A DNA stretch of 64,000 bases from contig OZ024744.1 of the NCBI GenBank assembly GCA_964016885.1, positions 35,712,001 through 35,776,000 on the forward strand, given 5' to 3'. Position 1 is the stretch's first letter; each line of letters starts with the position of its first letter. The notes beneath the pieces are model-generated. The model ran no database searches and was not told the origin of the DNA. It saw nothing but the letters and a program-made list of their open reading frames with translations. Below are positions 52,291 to 64,000 of the stretch, in pieces. The translations under genes were made by a program, and so were the position numbers. The stretch is from Eledone cirrhosa. Taxonomy: Eukaryota.

Positions 52291-52835
52291 CTAGCAGAAA
52301 ACCACCCGGTGGGCGGTTTTCTGCTAGCAAATCTAGTGTATATACTGATATTGTTGAGATTTGGATGAGAAATGTTTTCGGCACCACATGTTCACCGTCT
52401 CTCGGTGTGTCTCTTATGCATGTATAAATATACATGTTATCTATACGGTGAAATCTTTGAAATAAATATATGTTAAAACGAAAAAGGTGAAAAAGAGATT
52501 AGTGACGGAAATATAAACGTTATGATACATAAACGTTATGATATAACGATGGAAATATATCTTCAAATGGTCCTTGGCATGGTGTCAAGTCAGAACCGCC
52601 TCGAACTGGTTACTTCTGGCTTGTGCAAGGTGTCTCTATAGCAACCAACGATTCCCTCGGCCTCAGTGACCAAAGTCAGTGGAGAGGGGAAGGTAATGTT
52701 TCTATAGCGACAGTGTTCCTCTTGGTAGTACCAAAGTGGAGAAAGAAAGGGGAAGGTAATATTTCTGTAGCACCTACATTTGAGTTTTAGGGAAGGACAG
52801 ACAGACAGACAGACACACAGAGAAATGCCCATATA
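52290..52835 (+). mobile_element. Second Helitron-like non-autonomous element in tandem
   Basis: ACTAGCAGAAAACC...GGTTTTCTGCTAG hairpin start; GAGTTTTAGGGA and (GACA)n end. Confidence 0.5.
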
Positions 52836-52839
52836 TATC

Positions 52840-52888
<49 letters not shown>

Positions 52889-52912
52889 CACACACAGAAA
52901 TGTATATATATT

Positions 52913-52971
<59 letters not shown>

Positions 52972-53125
52972 CACACAGAGAAATGTATATATATATATAT
53001 ATATTACACACACAGAAATGTATATATATTTCTGTGTGTATATATATATATTACACACACAGAAATGTATATATATTTTTGTGTGTGTATATATATATTA
53101 CACACACAGAAATGTATATATATTT
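52836..53125. repeat. TA-rich minisatellite (TATTACACACACAGAAATGTATATATAT...)
   Basis: Five units. Confidence 0.85.
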
Positions 53126-53247
53126 CTTAGAACAAAATTATTATTAATGTTTTGCTGTTCATAACAATTGGAATTGAAAAATTACTTTTGAAATTATTAG
53201 TTATTTTACTAATGCTTAGATATGTAAAAATGAAGCAATGTTTCTAA

Positions 53248-53440
53248 TAATTGTTTCTACTTTTGGCACAAGGCCAGCAATTCACCAGTACATTACTGGT
53301 ACTTTATTTTATCGACCCCGTGAGGATGAAAGGCAAAGTTAACCTCGGCGGTATTTGAACTCAGACCGTAAAGGGACGTAACTCCATGCTATGAAGCATG
53401 GTGTCCGACTCTCTACAGATTCTGCCAATCCACCGCCCTA
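53248..53440 (-). mobile_element. Full-length tRNA-derived SINE
   Basis: Reverse complement of the 11342 family. Confidence 0.87.
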
Positions 53441-53757
53441 ATGTCTGTACGTAATGAGGGAGTGAGAGGGGAGAGAGAGAAAGGCAGAGGTGAAGTGACG
53501 AAGTGACTCTCTCCTCCTCCTCCTCCTCCTCCATCTCCCCATTCGTCACAGCGATAGAGGGGAGGAATGTTAGTGTGTTACAAAGAGAAAGAGTGAGAGT
53601 GAGAGAAACAGACAGACTAAAAGAGAGGGATAGCTGGAGAGAGAGAGAGATAGCAACCACGCGCGCACGTGTTTCCACTGTCGGACAGACAGACAGAGAA
53701 ATTGCTTGTTATATATTATAAGGAGATATAGGGGTAAAAAGTCGGGAGGTTATATAT

Positions 53758-53905
53758 ATGAGCTGGGGATCCAGCCGGATCAGTTGGATACGGTTGCTTC
53801 TGACAGGACCTGCTGGAAGGGGTGCTTGAGGACTCTGTCCCAACGACCTCACGCCAGGAAGAAGAAGAAGAAGAAGAAGAAGAAGAAGAAGAAGAAGAAG
53901 AAGAT
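53758..53905 (+). mobile_element. RTE-type LINE extreme 3' end with (GAA)n tail
   Basis: ELGIQPDQLDTVASDRTCWK, then (GAA)n. Confidence 0.6.
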
Positions 53906-54199
53906 AATTATGATTTACAGTAAAGTTCAGATCAAAATTATAGATTCACTATTATATGTAATGTGAAAGACCAACAGTTAATTTAAGATAAAAATATTTG
54001 TGTATCAAAATTATTTGTTTACCAAAAATAATCCCAAAGGGTTAACATTTTGATACCAACAATATATAATCCTTAATCCTTAAGTCAACGGTCTTTGGAA
54101 AAATTAATTATTGTTTACATTTGTGCAAAGACTCTGCTAGATATCTTCTGCAATCTTAAACATTAACTTGACATTTAATAAAAGCAATATATTTAGGTA

Positions 54200-54365
54200 T
54201 CAACAATAAAAATTAAGCTTTGTTATATAGCTAACAGCCTGTGGGTGCAAGGAGAAGAGACATACTAACAACAAACAATAAAATCAACAATAAAAATTAA
54301 GCTTTGTTATATAGCTAACAGCCTGTGGGTGCAAGGAGAAGAGACATACTAACAACAAACAACAA
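54200..54365. repeat. Recent 84-bp tandem duplication
   Basis: TCAACAATAAAAATTAAGC...CTAACAACAAACAA present twice. Confidence 0.9.
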
Positions 54366-54689
54366 CAATAAGCATTTTGAGACCATTTTCCTGCTAAAGC
54401 AGAGATTAACCTTGCAAGCCTCATGACAAGCTCCTCCATTTTGCCCTCCTATCTAAATATATTATTAACTCTAGCAAAATACAAACAAACAATTCTTAGT
54501 GAACATCTTTATAATAGTTTTTAAGTTAGGCAGAAGGATAGCAATTTTTGTCGGAGGAAGAAACAGCTAATTATAATGCTCCCTCCAAAAGTCAAAGGGA
54601 AAGTTTAACCTTAAGCAGATCGCAAAGCATTTTGCGGTATTTGTTATGACTCTTTACGTCAGAGTTCAAATTCTGCCATGGTTAAACTC

Positions 54690-55080
54690 TGCCGTAAACA
54701 GCCTTATTAGAGTTTCCGCTTAGATAGCATTGATATAAAGATTGCTCTAACTTCCAACACGTGAACATCTTACCCATGCTGTTGTACATGAGGGGAGGGT
54801 GAACAAAGAGCTCTTTCAATTGCAGTTTATTTATTTTTACCGTTTGACATCGGAATTGGTTGATATACATTGTGAAGGTTAGATAGAGACATAAAAACTT
54901 GGGGTCATTTATTTGAACAGAAAAAGGCATATCGGTAAGATTGATTGTTATTCTCGGTATGAACACATCTCATGTGCCACACCCAGAACGACAGTTGTAC
55001 TATGCATGTTTGAGCATATTTCAAGTAAAGAAAAGATGCAAGAATTCTGAAAAGGTCATTTACTTGAGGCTGGAGTGATC
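54690..55080 (-). pseudogene. Helitron PIF1-helicase C-terminal relic
   Basis: FIPRITINLTDMPF...FTMYINQFRCQTVK resembles FIPRI..DLPF..AMTINKSQGQTL. Confidence 0.55.
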
Positions 55081-56504
55081 CAAAGCGATAGTAGATATTT
55101 TCTTACTCTTTAAATGTTACTATGAATCTTATTTATATTATGATGATAGGTTCCAAATGAGGTTTTCTAAAACACTGAGTTGTACTCTGGTATTGTAGTT
55201 AGCAGCAGCAGCTACAGCAGTAGCAGTAGCAACAGCAGTAGCAACAGCAGTAGCAACAGCAGTATATTCATTGGTTGTAGAGATTCACCAAATAGGGGAA
55301 TACTAATTTTTATGGTGTTTCATTTTTCGTCTTCTTACCTCCAGAAATATCATATAACTCTGACATGTAACCAAGCTCCACAACACTAATTGAATCCCTA
55401 ATACCACCACGTCATAGACCCATCACTCTACCCATTCCCCCTTCCATTTTTCTGTGACCCTAGAGGCATTGCCTTTCCCTTCCTTTTCTGTTTTCATAAC
55501 CAATAAAGACCCATTTTTTTACAATAAAACTTTTATTATATATAATAAACCCATTCCCATTATAGGACATACGTTTTTCATAGAATAAGCCATGACGCGA
55601 CCGGTGTCCCGTCACAACAGGAGCCTGCCAGTATGTGCCCAGACGAAATAACCGTTTTCTCGTTCGAGGGGTTAAATTTAGAGAACGGGTTGCATGTGAC
55701 GTTTAGCGAAATGGCCATAAAATATGATGGTTAGATGAGTTATAAGCCGGACGAATAAGTAGCCCCGAATAAATTTATTTAACTAGATAGGAAATTTGAA
55801 GCTTGTTTTCAATAATACTCGTTCTCACTTTTGACATGTACTTAATTTACAGGAATATTTTAAAGAATTCTCTTTTAAATGCGTAAATAAGTGAATACAA
55901 ATATTTGAATGAATAATGTTTCTGTAATATTTATACAACTGACACGTAAAGACTTAAACAGACGGCAAATAAATATGGGGTTTGTTTATCATTTAACAGA
56001 ATACAAAGTGGAAGATTTTCAATAAGAAATGTCCCACTATTGACATATAAATAAGTAAGCATACAAGTATTTGAAACGAATAAACAGTGTAATGTACATA
56101 CATATACATACACAAATATGTATTTAGAAATATGATGTCGATTTACGAAATATTAATATACATAACCTCCACGAACGGTCTACTTAGCGACGTAGGTAAG
56201 TAGATATAATAGCGATAGATGTATACTTAAGCCGGAAATACGTAAGATAATGTGTAGCTACATGATGTTTTACAACCATACATTGTAGTATGAAATATAG
56301 CTAAACGGCTTTTATGTTTAACAATTATTTTTACATAAAAAGCAGAATTTTTCCTTCTTTTTATATTTTTTTCTACTAAATGTATCCATTTATTCTTCAG
56401 AGATTTTTGTGTTTTTGTTTGTTTATTGGTTTGTTTGTTTTTTGCAAAATAACATTAGGTATGTTTGAAATATATGAACCTAATAAATTATAATATATTT
56501 AAGC

Positions 56505-57473
56505 GAACAACACACACACACACATTCATACACACATACATACACTCACTCACACATAGACTCACATGCACACACACACACTCACTCACACACACATACA
56601 CGCACACACAAACACACAGAGATACCCACGCGCACTCACACACACACCTACACTCACACATAGACACACACACACACACGCGCACGCACTCACTCACACA
56701 CCGACACACACACACACGCGCACACACAAACACACATTCACACACACAGACACACACACGCAGACACATCCACACCCCCACACTCACACACACACACACG
56801 CACACACACGCACTCACACACCGACACACACACATACACGCACGCACAAACACAGACACACACACACGCACACACACACTCACTCATACACAGACACACA
56901 TACACACACCACATACATACAAAAACAGACACACAAGCACTCTACACATACAAACGCACATACAAACATAACACACACACGCACACTCACACAGACATAC
57001 ACACACACACATAAGCACACACACATACACACATATACACACATACACACACATATAGTTAATAAATGAAACAAACAAAACACAGGAGGCAATTTTTACA
57101 CAGTTATATTAGGTTCACGCTTGGTGGAAGTAGAGGAGGTTTCAACGTTTCGGACAGAAGGCCTTCTTCAGGGAAGTTCGGATAAGGAGAGAACAGGTAC
57201 ATGTAATAGTAGTCTGAGAAGGTTAGGGGAGGAAATTATAAAAACAACAAAACAACAAAAAATATATATAATATAATGGGGTGCAAGATCCAGGCTGGGG
57301 TGGAGGGTAGAGGTGGCATGGGTGTGGTTGTGTGTGTGTGTGTGTGTGTGTGTGAATGTGTGTGTGTGAGTGTGAGCGCGTGTGTGTGTATGTGTGTGAA
57401 TGTGTGTGTGTGTGAGCGTGTGTATGTGTGTATGTGTGTATGTGTGTGAGTGTGAGCGTGTGTGTGTGTGAGC

Positions 57474-57524
<51 letters not shown>

Positions 57525-57571
57525 CGTGTGTGTGCGTGTGCGTGTATGTGTGTGTGTGTGTGTGAAAATGT

Positions 57572-57638
<67 letters not shown>

Positions 57639-57640
57639 GA
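56505..57640. repeat. Facing (CA)-rich and (TG)-rich degenerate microsatellites flanking a hammerhead-bearing core
   Basis: CA tract 56505-57055, TG tract 57320-57640. Confidence 0.9.
57140..57175 (-). ncRNA. Minimal hammerhead ribozyme
   Basis: ttcc-CTGAAGA-a-ggc/cttct/gtc-c-GAAA-cg-TT-gaaa. Palindromic AACGTT stem III; one stem I mismatch. Confidence 0.65.
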
Positions 57641-58396
57641 AGGGAAGAAATTGGTAGATGTGCGTGGCTTCAGTATGTTTCCCAGTGTCTGGTAAAATGA
57701 AGTTTGTCAGGTTTTGGTTTTGTGCGTGTGTGTGTGTGTGTGTGAAGTGTGTATGTGGACATGTGAGTGTTTGTGTCTGTGTGAGTATATTGCCACGTGT
57801 GTAAATGATGAATATGTGTGTGAGTGTATGTCTGTGTTTTTTAATGTTTTTATTGGTTTTGTATCTGGGTGTGTGTATATATATATAACCACCTATGTAT
57901 GTGAGTGTGTATGTTTATGTAGGGTATGTCTGTGTGTGTATGTTAGATTAGTCCGGGTATATACACGAGACCAATAAGGTTAGGTCAGGGCGGAAGCGGA
58001 GGGGAGGTAGTGGCACATGCAAAACGGAAGTGACTTGAGAAGGGGTAGTGGTAGTGGGGGTGTATGTGTGTGTTTAGTAGATGAGCCGTGTTGGTAAATA
58101 GGGTGGTGTGTCGGTAAGGCTGGTGAGAGGGGTAGTGGGTCACCAGTTTCGTACGTTTCATTAACCCTGAGAATTAACTTGATCAACATGTGCCGATGAC
58201 AATGAACCATCACAGGCTAAACAAGTTTGTCGTCAGAGCTAACGAAACGTATGTACGTGGTATGGCGCCGTACCTGGTAAATAGTCTGTATATATATACG
58301 CAGTATATATATATATATAACGAAGGAAATGTGGTAAGGAACCAGATGGACCATAACGCACCAAAGTACTCAATACTTAGGGTAGTAGAGTGGGTA

Positions 58397-58515
58397 ATAG
58401 GAACGAGTAGAACCCGGACGGCCGAGCTCAAGCCGTTTCGACGGCTAATTCTGGAGTCCAGAATTAGCCGTCGAAACGGCTTGAGCTCGGCCGTCGGGGT
58501 CCTACTCGTTCCTAT
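58397..58515. repeat. Near-perfect 119-bp GC-rich palindrome
   Basis: 59-bp arms, 1-nt centre (TCTGGA-G-TCCAGA), two mismatches. Confidence 0.95.
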
Positions 58516-60379
58516 ATATATATATAATTGGTGTGGGATGCTTAAAGCGTCCGTAAGTGGTAGGCCGTTTGAGCACTCAATGCTCTTACAGAGCAGAGTA
58601 TAATATCACATAAGAAACGGAGAATAAGTGGTGCGACGAATAAGATTTATTAGACATATTACAATCGTTTATCTGGCGACCAGCTCGAGGCACGATCGAT
58701 GTAATGATCGAACCTGGCTCTGAAATCGCAAGATCCTCAGATATGTCACGATTCGACGAAGCAGAGTTTCCAAATGTCCAGTTACACCCGCGGCTTTCAC
58801 TCAGCAGCTTAGATCCTGTTGTAGTCATTCGATGAGTGGTCAAGAATTGTACACGTCATCGGTATTTTTAGCCACTCATCGCCGTCCTATATTTGGTTTC
58901 TTTCATTCGCCACCTCTCAATCAAAGTTGTTTCTTATATCAGAATTACTACTGTAGGAGGTAAGGGGTTGTATGATTGTACCCTGTCGCAGCCTTCTCAG
59001 CCTGTAGGCGCCCGTACCCATGTCCATGTTTCGCACAGGGGTGATACAAATGAGCACTTATACACCCACAGCGATCACATACACACCTGCAACTGTATTA
59101 TGTGCGACAATCACAGTAAATATTGAATGTGTAGCGAATACTTAGTAAGAATTAAAAATAAATGGAAAAACATTTAAAAGAACGTTTCAGAAAAATACAC
59201 TCTCAAAATACCTTAAAAACACACATTTAAAAAGAAAAGCCCTATAAAAAGAACGGTTTTTAAAAAAATGCTTGAAATAGCCTTTCACAAAAATTATTTC
59301 AAAGATATTTGATAAATATACACATATCTACACACACTGTACTCAGGAAAGCATATATAGTTAAGACGCTGCACATATATACAGATGAAAAAATGGAAGA
59401 TCTACACATACATATGCATACACCTACACAGACATGTTCATAGAAATACATACAATGCATACACATGCATGTATGCATATGTGCGTGCACACACATACAT
59501 GTACTCGCGCATGGGTATGCTTATACATCTAAAAAAAGCACATACTTGATGAATACCTACATATCCACACACACACGCAACTGTGTACATGGCGCATAAA
59601 ATATTATATGAGAGAACATTCTTGAGGCTTGTACCCAACCCATTTAGGTGGCGATATAAGCCTGAAAGTGCATGCGCAATATGCAAAAATGCAATAGCTA
59701 CGTAGTAGCCATGCACTAATCAAAGATAATATGGGGGGGGGGGCACATATATAAATGCGTGTAGATACATAAAATAAAATAAAATAAAATAAAATAAAAT
59801 AAAATAAGATAAAATAAAATACTGGAAAAATGAATGTATACATGACAAAGATGCAAAAGGGGTATCTGTTCACGCCACCCGGACATTATTGGGATGTGCA
59901 TAAAGTTGCATAAAATACTTGAGGACTGTGGTGCATAGGGTTGTATAAGATACAGAAGGACTGATGATCCAAGGGACTGGGTAAGAACCTTCACATCAAC
60001 CATGCATATGAGACATGTTTCATGACTGGTGGACACAGGGGACCGTGTGTGCATACACAAACAAGTTATATATATTGTGAATGTGTAAAATATCCTTTTA
60101 TAATAGTATATAATGAAATGTACATGGAATGGATGCATAAGTGGAATATACCAGCGGCTTGTGTTGTAGGTATGTATATAGCAACGGCAGGCACAGTTAG
60201 AATTAAGTGCAACATTAACCTTAAGACCAGCATCAAGTCCAACATCAAAGTTGCAAATTAAACATCAAGAATCAAAAATTAAAAATTAAAAATTAAAAAT
60301 CAAAAGTTCAAATTCAAATTCAAAACCACACATAAGGTTGTAAACAAAACCAGACTTATGTTGAGTCGGCGTCCCCAAG

Positions 60380-60770
60380 TTAGTGGGATGGTGTTATCCA
60401 AGGTATGTTACGAGGTAGGTATCGTTGGGTCTGCCGTTGATATCAGCTTGTTCCACCTTGGATTCATAGGTATGTTGTGGCATATCGTGGTCCGCTGCAT
60501 GCGCCCCACCTGGAATTGTCATACCGGTAGGGCCTTAGATAGACTCATCCGGTATCACTAAAGCGGAGAGCGTGCATTTACGTTGGTGTCTGCAGGCCAT
60601 GATGATTTCAGATTTGAGGTTGACTGCGTCGCCTTTTAGTTTTACTATCTCCATAGCCTCGGACAGGCACAACCTGCACCCCATCTTGCCAGCCTAGTAC
60701 GCATTCACGCGCTGTCTTTGAGTCCCCATATTAGGTCCGCCTGTCTGGTGGGGGTGTCTCTTGTTATATA
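60380..60770 (-). mobile_element. PLE GIY-YIG C-terminal relic
   Basis: ADLIWGLKD..., GCRLCLSEAMEIV..VNLKSEIIMACRHQRK, similar to 26019-26190. Confidence 0.7.
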
Positions 60771-60964
60771 TATGCGTTGGTTCACCCTTCGTGTCTGTTT
60801 ACATTTTTCTCTCTCTCTCCCCCCATTTTTATCCCAATAACTTATTTTAGCTATTGCTCGCCCTAGGCTGAGGTATCTTGTCTCTAATGAGAAGAAATAC
60901 CTATGATTCCTAGCAGACAACTGACGATGGATATTACCCTCTTTCGCCCGTAACTTTTATTTTC

Positions 60965-61058
<94 letters not shown>

Positions 61059-61062
61059 TACG

Positions 61063-61097
<35 letters not shown>

Positions 61098-61104
61098 CTA
61101 TATA

Positions 61105-61236
<132 letters not shown>

Positions 61237-61240
61237 TACG

Positions 61241-61335
<95 letters not shown>

Positions 61336-61522
61336 ATATATATATGTATATATATATATGTATATATATATATAGAGATATATATATATGTGTGTGTGTA
61401 TGTATATAAATAAAAGTAATTCCAACTTTGTCTGATTTACTCGTTTTATTTACAATCCTTTAAAAATTATAATGGTATTAGAATGAAATAGTATGGTAGA
61501 ATATTAAATGTTAAGTGTTAAT

Positions 61523-61561
61523 TGAACAAGTACTTTCATGCTTTCGCAATCTTCAGGTTCA
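61523..61561 (-). ncRNA. Intact minimal hammerhead ribozyme
   Basis: Mirror of 61636-61674. Confidence 0.85.
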
Positions 61562-61635
61562 CATTCTGTGGTGACAGTCAAGTTTGCAATTTTCAACTGT
61601 TTGCAATTTGCAAACTTGACTGTCACCACAGAATA

Positions 61636-61674
61636 TGAACCTGAAGATTGCGAAAGCATGAAAGTACTTGTTCA
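61636..61674 (+). ncRNA. Intact 39-nt minimal hammerhead ribozyme
   Basis: tgaac-CTGAAGA-t-tgc/GAAA/gca-t-GAAA-gtac-TT-gttca. Palindromic AGTACT stem III. Confidence 0.87.
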
Positions 61675-61844
61675 ATTAACACTTAACATTTAATATTCTA
61701 CCATACTATTTCATTCTAATACCATTATAATTTTTAAAGGATTGTAAATAAAACGAGTAAATCAGACAAAGTTGGAATTCCTTTTATTAATATAATCTTC
61801 TATACACAATCATACACACCCGTGTATATTTATCTCTATATATG

Positions 61845-62071
<227 letters not shown>

Positions 62072-62975
62072 TGTTATACTTGGGGAGGGTCATATTTGTG
62101 TAATATTGCCAGAATTAATAACAGAACACACTCACTGTTTGGTTGGTTTTCGCCTCTCGCTGTCTTTTATATCTGCGATCTAACTTAATCGGTCCTCAAT
62201 GTTGCCATTGACTGACCGACGGTCAAAAATAATACAGATACAATATAGACACAAACACATATATATAGTTTACATAATTTACATAAATCTTTCGTTGCAC
62301 ATCTGCAACATCGTCAATGGTGTTATATTTTTTCCTCCTGTTGTGTTGTATGTCTACGCCATTTTTTATTCAGTCTGTCTATATATTTATTTATTTATTT
62401 GCTTGTTTGTTTATTTTATTTTGTCTTCTTTGCGCATGCGTTTGTGTGTGTGTACAGTGTTGTGTGTGCTGTGTGACTAGTGTGTATAGTATTGTGTCTG
62501 CTGGGTGACTAGTGTGTGTTTATGTGCTTGTTGTTATTGTGCTTGTGTATGTATTTATTTATCTTATTTTATTTTATTTTATTTATTTACTTATTTATAC
62601 TTCTCTTAGGTCAGTGTTGTTTGTTTGGGTGTTGTTGTTCCACTCATTCTTTCTGTTTAGCTTTGGTCTTCTAATTTCTATTTCACTGGCCTCTCTGATT
62701 TGCCTATCTGCTGGGTCACTCCTATGTTTAGATATTATTCTAATTTCTATGTTGTCTATGTTACCGTCATGTTGTTGTCTAGCATGTTCGTATAGTACTG
62801 ACCCGTTTTTTCGTCCTTTTAGTTCCCCCCAGTGTTGGTCTATCCTTTCACCTATGCTACGAGCTGTCTCACCTATGTATGTTGTTGTCATGTTTCTGCA
62901 AGTACCCTCTGTACATCTTATGCTATAGACTACGTTTCTAGTTTTACAGTTTATCCGGGGGTTCACCTTACATAT
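62072..62975 (-). mobile_element. PLE 3' end: GIY-YIG plus pLTR
   Basis: CIICK..NCKTRNVVYSIRC...YIGETARSIGERIDQH...RQIREA..LNRKNEW. Confidence 0.9.
62281..62321 (-). ncRNA. Minimal hammerhead (TTGACGA variant of 24535)
   Basis: cca-TTGACGA-t-gttgca/gatg/tgcaac-GAAA-gatt-TA-tg. Confidence 0.6.
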
Positions 62976-64000
62976 GATACATTTCCTATTGGCAAAAAGG
63001 ACTCCCATGGGAAGGTGGATTGGGTGGACCAAAGCTATACGGATCCCCCAAAACACTGATCAAGTAAGAAAAATGGTCGCACATGCTATAGGGGCTAGTA
63101 TCAAAACTACCCTAAAGGGCCACATATTTAAGTTCAATGAGAAAATCTACACCCAAAATGAGGGAGCAGCCATCGGCGTCAGCATAGCTGGTGATGTTGC
63201 CAACCTTTTCATGGTATGGTGGGAAAGGAGACTTAAAGATCTCGTTAATGAAAGCTCCATAGACCTCATCATGTACTCTCGTTATGTAGACGATATCAAT
63301 ATAGTTATAAGAACACCCCCACTAGAGAGCACTAACAAGTTTGATTTAGAACGTAGCACGATGGAAAGCATCCAGCAGATAGCTAATTCCATACACCAGA
63401 GTATAACTGTAACTATCGACTTCCCTTCCAAACACCCTAACAATAGACTACCTGTATTAGACACAGAACTCTGGATTAACACTATAGACGAGAGAGCCCA
63501 AATTCTCCACTCACACTATGCTAAACCCATGGCCTCCAAATACCTGATACTCAAAAACTCAGCAATGTCCAGTAGTGCTAAGTTTAATATTCTGATCGCA
63601 GATTTGGTACGAGTGATGAAGAAAGTGTCCAGCATGTGCGACCCAACAGAAATGGAAAGACACATCCAACACTTCATCAACCGCATGCAGTTCTCTGGCT
63701 ACAACCAAAGAGACAGAGTCAGATTATACGAAGGGGCCATGGAAAAGTATAAGACCCTCATAGAACTGGACATGAAAGGAATTTGCCCACTATACAGGAG
63801 CAAATCATGGAATAGCTTAGATAGGGCTAGACATAAGATAGGGAAGGCCACATCATGATACGACAACCAGAGATATCAGAGTGTCATGTTTGTGGACGCC
63901 ACCCCTGGAGGGAAATTAGCTAACCAGTGTAGAAAGGCCCTGAGAAAGACCCACTTAAAAATAAAGGTGGTAGAAAAGCCAGGAACCACCATAAAATCCC
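62975..64000 (+). pseudogene. PLE reverse transcriptase, inverted relative to its GIY-YIG end; runs off the window
   Basis: QNEGAAIG, RYVDD, LPVLD, YAKPMAS, SGY, PLYRS..W; continues past TGA as YDN..MFVDATPGG..KIKVVEKPG. Confidence 0.9.

Larger units (their letters stand above)
61411..61788. mobile_element. Fold-back non-coding element (~180-bp arms) between long (TA)n tracts
   Basis: Arms nearly identical in inverted orientation; each carries a hammerhead. Confidence 0.85.

Noticed and set aside
55590-55680. piggyBac-like end (GGGG-TTAA)
   Set aside because: No matching opposite terminus identified.
63856-63858. In-frame TGA in a PLE as possible selenocysteine
   Set aside because: The position appears to be a Trp (K..WY), the endonuclease is C-terminal, and no convincing SECIS was seen.

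Overview
Eukaryotic, gene-poor, transposon-saturated DNA. The tRNA-derived SINEs, (TA)n/(CA)n microsatellites and repeat families look like a coleoid cephalopod (octopus); this is recognition and inference, not proof. No intact host gene, rRNA or tRNA gene was found, and most ORFs in the track are artefacts of microsatellites or satellites. Main content: a 6.7-kb ~34-bp minisatellite; four Tx1/L1-clade LINE copies, one near full length (31.4-37.2 kb); a near-complete Penelope-like element (PLE) in tandem plus inverted pLTR arrangement (45.4-50.5 kb) and about six further PLE fragments; a CR1 LINE; R4/Dong, CRE-like and RTE 3' ends; a hAT element with a nested MITE; Helitron relics; many SINEs. 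The most striking hidden layer is RNA structure. About 15 minimal type-I hammerhead ribozyme (HHR) motifs from about 8 families occur, often mirrored in fold-back elements sitting in (TA)n tracts, some with non-canonical cores. A separate repeat family carries a covarying four-helix pseudoknot ending in a hammerhead-type YTGAWGA box with the catalytic parts in permuted order, which is a candidate novel ribozyme architecture. Coordinates were counted by hand and may be off by a few bases.
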